Below, piece after piece: positions 38,092 through 42,306 of a stretch of 42,306 nucleotides of DNA. Source of the stretch: a bacterium (GTDB lineage Bacteria > Actinomycetota > UBA4738 > HRBIN12); assembly GCA_023251895.1 (NCBI GenBank), contig JAHEXX010000003.1:1-42306 (forward strand). Reading direction: 5' to 3'. The notes under the pieces were generated by a model. The model was not told the origin of the DNA, did no database searches, and saw nothing but the letters and a program-made list of their open reading frames with translations. Position numbers and translations under genes: made by a program. How positions within the stretch are numbered: position 1 is the stretch's first letter; each line of letters begins with the position of its first letter.

Positions 38092-38436
38092 TCATCGTCC
38101 GAAGTGGTGAGCCCACATCCCGCCGCTTCTCATGCCGCCCGTCATCATCCCGCCGCCTGGGCCGCCATCGGTCATCATGGTGGGTCCCATCCGACCCGCG
38201 CCGCCCATCATCTGACCCATCTGCGCGTGCATCGCGTCGCACTGCGCCCGCCACGCCGCCGGCATCTGCGCATGCATCCGCTCCATCGCAGGCGATTCGT
38301 GCATCGCGTTGCATGTCGCGAACATGGAACCCATCCCGCCGGTCGGCGCGGCGGAGCGATCCGCGAAGGCGAACCCCAAGGACAACGACAGCACGATCCC
38401 GATCGCGACTCCCACGAAGATCCAACGTCCCTTCAT
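38092..38436 (-). CDS. Met/His-rich exported small protein (putative Cu/Ag-binding)
   Basis: Signal peptide ending AFA, then CNAMH, ERMH, CDAMH and a GM-rich tail. AGGAGG RBS. Confidence 0.7.
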   Translation of the reverse strand: MKGRWIFVGVAIGIVLSLSLGFAFADRSAAPTGGMGSMFATCNAMHESPAMERMHAQMPAAWRAQCDAMHAQMGQMMGGAGRMGPTMMTDGGPGGGMMTGGMRSGGMWAHHFGR

Positions 38437-39863
38437 CGTTCTCCTCCTTCTTCCGCGCCAACGGTAGCCGGCCGGTATGAAGGCCCCGTGAAGTTCCCGG
38501 CGGACTCCGATGAAGGGCGTGGAAGGCGAACCGTGAACGTCGCTCCCGCTCCGGGCTTGCTCGCGACCTCGATGTCGCCGCCGTGGGCGCGGGTGAGCTC
38601 CCGGGCGACGGTCAGGCCGATCCCGGAGCCACCCGCCCGAGATCCCCTCCCCCGGAAGAAGCGGTCGAAGACGTGGGGGAGCTCGTCGGCGGGGATCCCC
38701 GGACCGGTGTCGGATACCCCGATGACGCCATCGGACCCCTCAGCACTGAGACTCACGGCCACGACCCCGCCCCGCGGCGTGAACTTGAGGGCGTTGGACA
38801 GCAGGTTGCCCACGATCTGGCGGACACGAGTGGGGTCGGCGAGAACGATCACGTCGGAGAAGTCGGCCAGCAGCTTCACCCCGGCGGCGTCGACGGGCCC
38901 GGCGAACTCCCGAACCGTGTCGTCGAGGATCCGGCGCAGCTCCACGGGTCGTCGCTCCAGCGAGAACCACGCCGCGTCGGCCGATGCCAGGGCCTCCAGG
39001 TCCGCAACGAGGCGCGAGAGCCGCAGCGTCTCCTCGTGCAGCGACTCGAAGGCGGGCGGGGCCGGTTCCACCACACCATCCTGCAATCCCTCGATCTGGC
39101 TGCGGAGGATCGCGAGGGGCGTCCTGAGCTCGTGCGCCACGTCGGCCGCGAAGGCCCGCCGCAACCGGTCCTCCTCCCCGATCGTGTCTGCCATGGAGTT
39201 GAATGCCCTGGCCATCTCGCCGAACTCGTCGGTAGCCTCGAAGGCGACGCGCTCCGAACGCTCGCCGGCGGCGACCGCCCGCGCGGCGCGAGTCAGCTCG
39301 CGCGCGGGGGCGGTCGCCCGCCGTGCCAGGACGACGCCCAACGCCAGCGCGACGAGGCCCGCGAGGATCCCGCCGACGAGCAGCAGCCGGTTCACGGAGG
39401 ACCGGAACGTGACGTCCTGCGGAAGGAGCCCCGGCTCGGGAAGCCTGACGATCGCCGTTCCGACAACCGCCCCGTTCACCCGAACCGGGAAGGACAGCGC
39501 GGGCCCGAGCGGCCCGCCTCCCATCATCCGGCGGTGCATCGTGGCCATCCGCGACCCGGCGGCGCCGGCGGACGGCTCCCAGATCCTGCGCCCCGACGCG
39601 TCGACCAGCCGGACCGTTCCTCCGTCCATGAGCGCGAGCGGGGCGAGCGTGTCCAGATCCACCCGGTCCCAGCCGCCCATCCTCGAGTAGGAGTCGGCGA
39701 GCGCCGCGGCGAGCTGGGCCTGCCGGACGTGCCTCTGTTCCTGGAGGTACGAGGTGAAGCGGGTCCCGAAGGCGAGGTTCACCAGGATCGCGGTGAGGGC
39801 GGCCGCCGCGATCCCCACCCCTGCAAACGCGGCCGCCAGCCGGAACGCGAACGACCTACGCAT
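38433..39863 (-). CDS. HAMP sensor histidine kinase (BaeS/CopS-like)
   Basis: Two TM segments, HAMP domain, VAHELRTPL, NLLSNALKF, DTGPGI and GSGIGL. MATMHRRMMG in the sensor loop. Confidence 0.92.
   Translation of the reverse strand: MRRSFAFRLAAAFAGVGIAAAALTAILVNLAFGTRFTSYLQEQRHVRQAQLAAALADSYSRMGGWDRVDLDTLAPLALMDGGTVRLVDASGRRIWEPSAGAAGSRMATMHRRMMGGGPLGPALSFPVRVNGAVVGTAIVRLPEPGLLPQDVTFRSSVNRLLLVGGILAGLVALALGVVLARRATAPARELTRAARAVAAGERSERVAFEATDEFGEMARAFNSMADTIGEEDRLRRAFAADVAHELRTPLAILRSQIEGLQDGVVEPAPPAFESLHEETLRLSRLVADLEALASADAAWFSLERRPVELRRILDDTVREFAGPVDAAGVKLLADFSDVIVLADPTRVRQIVGNLLSNALKFTPRGGVVAVSLSAEGSDGVIGVSDTGPGIPADELPHVFDRFFRGRGSRAGGSGIGLTVARELTRAHGGDIEVASKPGAGATFTVRLPRPSSESAGNFTGPSYRPATVGAEEGGER
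38461..38515 (-). promoter_or_regulatory. Internal promoter with OmpR-family direct repeats
   Basis: TGAAG at 38478, 38489 and 38511 (11-bp register), next to minus-strand TACCGT (38461-38466). Confidence 0.55.
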
Positions 39864-40554
39864 CCGGCTTCACCCCGAACTTGTAGCCGACCCCCGTCAC
39901 GGTCAGGACGTACCGGGGATGCCGGGGGTCGTCGCCAAGCTTGCGGCGCAGGTTCTTCACGTGCGCGTCGATGGTCCGCTCGTAGCCCTCGTAGTCGTAG
40001 CCTTGGACCTTCGTGACGAGCTCGTACCGGGAGAACACGCGGCCCGGGCGCGTCGCCAGCGCGTGGAGCAGGTCGAACTCGCTCCGGGTGAGTTCTACAG
40101 GCTCCCCATCGATCGCGACCTCCCGAGCCTCCCGGTCGATCACCAGCCTGTTCTCATCGAACGACATGGTCGACGGTGTCGCTCCGCCGCCCGCACGGCG
40201 CAGCACCGCGTCGACGCGGGCCACTAGCTCGCGTGGGCTGAACGGCTTCACGAGATAGTCGTCGGCGCCCTGGCGGAGGCCGGCCACCCGGTCGTCCTCA
40301 CCCGCCTTGGCAGTCAGCATGATGATGGGGAGATCGGAGTGGCTCCGGACGTTCCTGGCGATCTCCTCGCCGGTGAGGTCGGGCAGCATGAGGTCCAGCA
40401 CGAGGAGGTCCGGGTGGGCCCGCTCCACTGTCTCGAGGGCTCGCTGGCCCGTATCCGCCACGAGCACCGAGTAGCCCTCCCGTTCGAGGTAGGAACGGAC
40501 GAGGTCCCGGATCTTGCGCTCGTCGTCCACCACCAGGATCGTCGCGGTTCCCAT
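39856..40554 (-). CDS. OmpR/PhoB-family response regulator
   Basis: VVDDE, LDLMLP, GADDYLVKPF, RTIDAHVKNLRRKL and TVTGVGYKF. Confidence 0.95.
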   Translation of the reverse strand: MGTATILVVDDERKIRDLVRSYLEREGYSVLVADTGQRALETVERAHPDLLVLDLMLPDLTGEEIARNVRSHSDLPIIMLTAKAGEDDRVAGLRQGADDYLVKPFSPRELVARVDAVLRRAGGGATPSTMSFDENRLVIDREAREVAIDGEPVELTRSEFDLLHALATRPGRVFSRYELVTKVQGYDYEGYERTIDAHVKNLRRKLGDDPRHPRYVLTVTGVGYKFGVKPDA

Positions 40555-40586
40555 GTTCGCATACCTCCACGGGGTATCTGGTCCCG

Positions 40587-40651
40587 ACGCTAGGCTCCCC
40601 TCGAGATCTTCGGAGGGCCGACGGTCCCCACGCGGGCGGGCCGTTCGACCC
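40587..40651 (-). promoter_or_regulatory. Candidate promoter with tandem DosR/NarL-type boxes
   Basis: Plus-strand GGGCC-GACG-GTCCC (40615-40628) and GGGCC-GTTC-GACCC (40638-40651), upstream of minus-strand TAGCGT (40587-40592). Confidence 0.55.
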
Positions 40652-40659
40652 GGCGAGGG

Positions 40660-41781
40660 CTAGTTGTCCCTCGCCCCCTGGGCGATCCAGGTTGCGATGA
40701 GCTGGACCTGCGCGTCCGGCAAGGGCGGCACAGAGGGAGGCATCTGCATCCCGACGGCAAGCAGGTGGGCGATCAGCTCGCTCTCCTCCGGCTTGCCCGG
40801 CACGACCACCCCTTCCTTCGCCATGACGCCCTCGTACGTGTCCAGCCGTAGGTTCCCGGGGGGCGGCGAGTTCCGCGGGGCCACCACGTGGGGTCCGCCG
40901 TGCCGCTGGAAGATAGGCAGCACCTCGCCGGAGAAGCTCACGGTCCGGTCCAGCGGCATCGGCATCTCCCGCATCGGCATCGGCTTCCCGATCCGGGCCA
41001 CCGGACTGCGCTGGTAGTTCATGGTGTCCGGGGGGGACATGAGATTGCCGTGCGTCCTTGGCGAGCGCGCGACGATCGCCAGCAGGCTCCCGCCGATCAG
41101 CCCGATACCGGCCTGAGCCCCATAGGGCAAGGCTCGAGCGAGGAACTGCCGTCGGGACGTCGTCCCATGCACCTCGAGGGCGGCCGCCGGCTCCCCCCGC
41201 AGGATCTCGAGGATCCGCAACCCGACGACGAAGTACAGCACCCACACCAGCGCGATCACGCCCCCGAGAACCCACAGGTTCAGCCACCGGATCCGGATCC
41301 CGGCGTGCGAGCGGAACAGCTGACGGTCACCGGTCACCGTGTAGCTCGCGCTCGCCTCCGTTTCGCGGTACGTCGAGTTCCCGGCGAACAGCGCATCGAC
41401 ATCGCTCCCCCCCGCCTCCCGCAACTGCTCGGTGATCGTGGCCATGCCCATACGATCGGTGACGGCGCTGCCGATCAACATGTGGCCGTTGACCTCGTCG
41501 CCCCAGTACGCCGGCCGCTCGAAGTAGATCGTCGCGCCCGAGATCGGGTGACCGTCCGCATCGGTGAGGCTCGCCCGGATCGTGACGGTAGCCCCGAGCC
41601 TCACCCGGTCCGGGAGGACGACCTTGAGGTGCGCAGGGTGGTCGCCGACCGGCATCGCCGCGCCGGATGGCTGGGTCGTCGGCTCCTGCATCTGGCCGTG
41701 CGCCCACGCGAGCCTGGCCGGTGCCAGGAACGTGCCGACGAGGAACGCGAGGGCCAACGTGCGCCTCGCGGCCATCCTCAT
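40660..41781 (-). CDS. Membrane protein: signal peptide, Ig-like domain, TM, internal twin-arginine motif, TM, planctomycete-cytochrome-c-like domain lacking CxxCH
   Basis: LAWA cleavage site, TIRASLTDADGHPISGA, SRRQFL, and VSFSGEVLPIFQRHGGPH...LRLDTYEG...VVPGKPEESEL...MPP...WIAQGA. ATGA overlap with the NrfD gene. Confidence 0.78.
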   Translation of the reverse strand: MRMAARRTLALAFLVGTFLAPARLAWAHGQMQEPTTQPSGAAMPVGDHPAHLKVVLPDRVRLGATVTIRASLTDADGHPISGATIYFERPAYWGDEVNGHMLIGSAVTDRMGMATITEQLREAGGSDVDALFAGNSTYRETEASASYTVTGDRQLFRSHAGIRIRWLNLWVLGGVIALVWVLYFVVGLRILEILRGEPAAALEVHGTTSRRQFLARALPYGAQAGIGLIGGSLLAIVARSPRTHGNLMSPPDTMNYQRSPVARIGKPMPMREMPMPLDRTVSFSGEVLPIFQRHGGPHVVAPRNSPPPGNLRLDTYEGVMAKEGVVVPGKPEESELIAHLLAVGMQMPPSVPPLPDAQVQLIATWIAQGARDN

Positions 41782-42305
41782 GACGCCGCCACCCCCTGGG
41801 TACCGAGGGCCGGCTGCGCGGCGGGCACCGTATCCGTCCCCTCCTCGTGCTCGCGGATCTCCCACATCGACATCACGGGGAGGAACCTCGTGAACACGGC
41901 GATCATCAGGACGAAGAGCGCGAGCGCGCCAAGGCTGAGCGCGATCTCGATCCAGCTCGGCAAGTACCGGGCCGGATTGGCGTACGGCATCTGCGGCACC
42001 TTCAGGCTCGCCACGACGATGATATAACGCTCGAGCCACATCGCGACACCGACCAGCGCAGCGGCCGCCACGATCCACCGCACGTGCCGGGTGCGCCTGA
42101 CCGTCACGACCAGCACGGGGACGAGCAGCCCCGCGACAACGTAGAACCAGTAGAGCGGTGCGAAGGTCCCAGTGAAGATCTGACCGAGGTAGACGGGCTC
42201 GCTGCCCTCGAGCTTGTAGCCGGCGGTCAGGAACTCCGAGATGTTGAAGTAGAGGATCACGAGCGCGAGGGCCGCGAGCAGGTAGCCGAGGTTCACGAAG
42301 TGCCG
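41778..42305 (-). CDS. NrfD/PsrC-family membrane anchor, 3' part (5' end outside window)
   Basis: WLERYIIVV, YLPSWIE and FTRFLPVMSMWE, typical of NrfD/ActC/DsrP-type subunits. Confidence 0.82.
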   Translation of the reverse strand, partial: RHFVNLGYLLAALALVILYFNISEFLTAGYKLEGSEPVYLGQIFTGTFAPLYWFYVVAGLLVPVLVVTVRRTRHVRWIVAAAALVGVAMWLERYIIVVASLKVPQMPYANPARYLPSWIEIALSLGALALFVLMIAVFTRFLPVMSMWEIREHEEGTDTVPAAQPALGTQGVAAS

Positions 42306-42306
42306 C

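Noticed and set aside
38100-38340. CATCAT/GCCGCC-like short repeats as a repeat array
   Set aside because: Explained by Met/Gly codons of the Met-rich protein.

Overview
High-GC, gene-dense bacterial DNA whose gene content and many apparent leaderless TANNNT starts suggest Actinomycetota (inference). About 42 CDS; no rRNA, tRNA, CRISPR array or mobile element was seen. From left to right: (1) a sugar/amino-sugar catabolic block (GH4, SIS, CE4 deacetylase, BadF kinase, MsiK-like ATPase); (2) an orphan PAS kinase, adenosine-kinase-family protein, M20 peptidase, Zn-ADH and PlsC; (3) a minus-strand run of RpoD-like sigma, Zn-ribbon, DLH hydrolase, wHTH, archease and RtcB, with DosR-like boxes; (4) MpaB oxygenase, a frameshifted DUF5655 gene, a MoaD/ThiS-beta-propeller fusion, RidA, hydrolases, WS/DGAT and a cupredoxin/beta-helix protein; (5) a GT-C-like/MFS fusion, a phosphoesterase and two circularly permuted alkaline-phosphatase-superfamily genes; (6) a zinc-uptake locus with a Zur box; (7) a copper-type two-component module; (8) the end of an NrfD operon. 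The best candidates for new biology are a protein with both a Sec signal and an internal Tat motif that carries a cytochrome-c-like domain lacking CxxCH (40660-41781), the permuted phosphatase plus pseudo-phosphatase pair, the DosR-like RNA-repair/sigma module and the ubiquitin-like fusion. All calls come from reading motifs by eye; no database searches were run.
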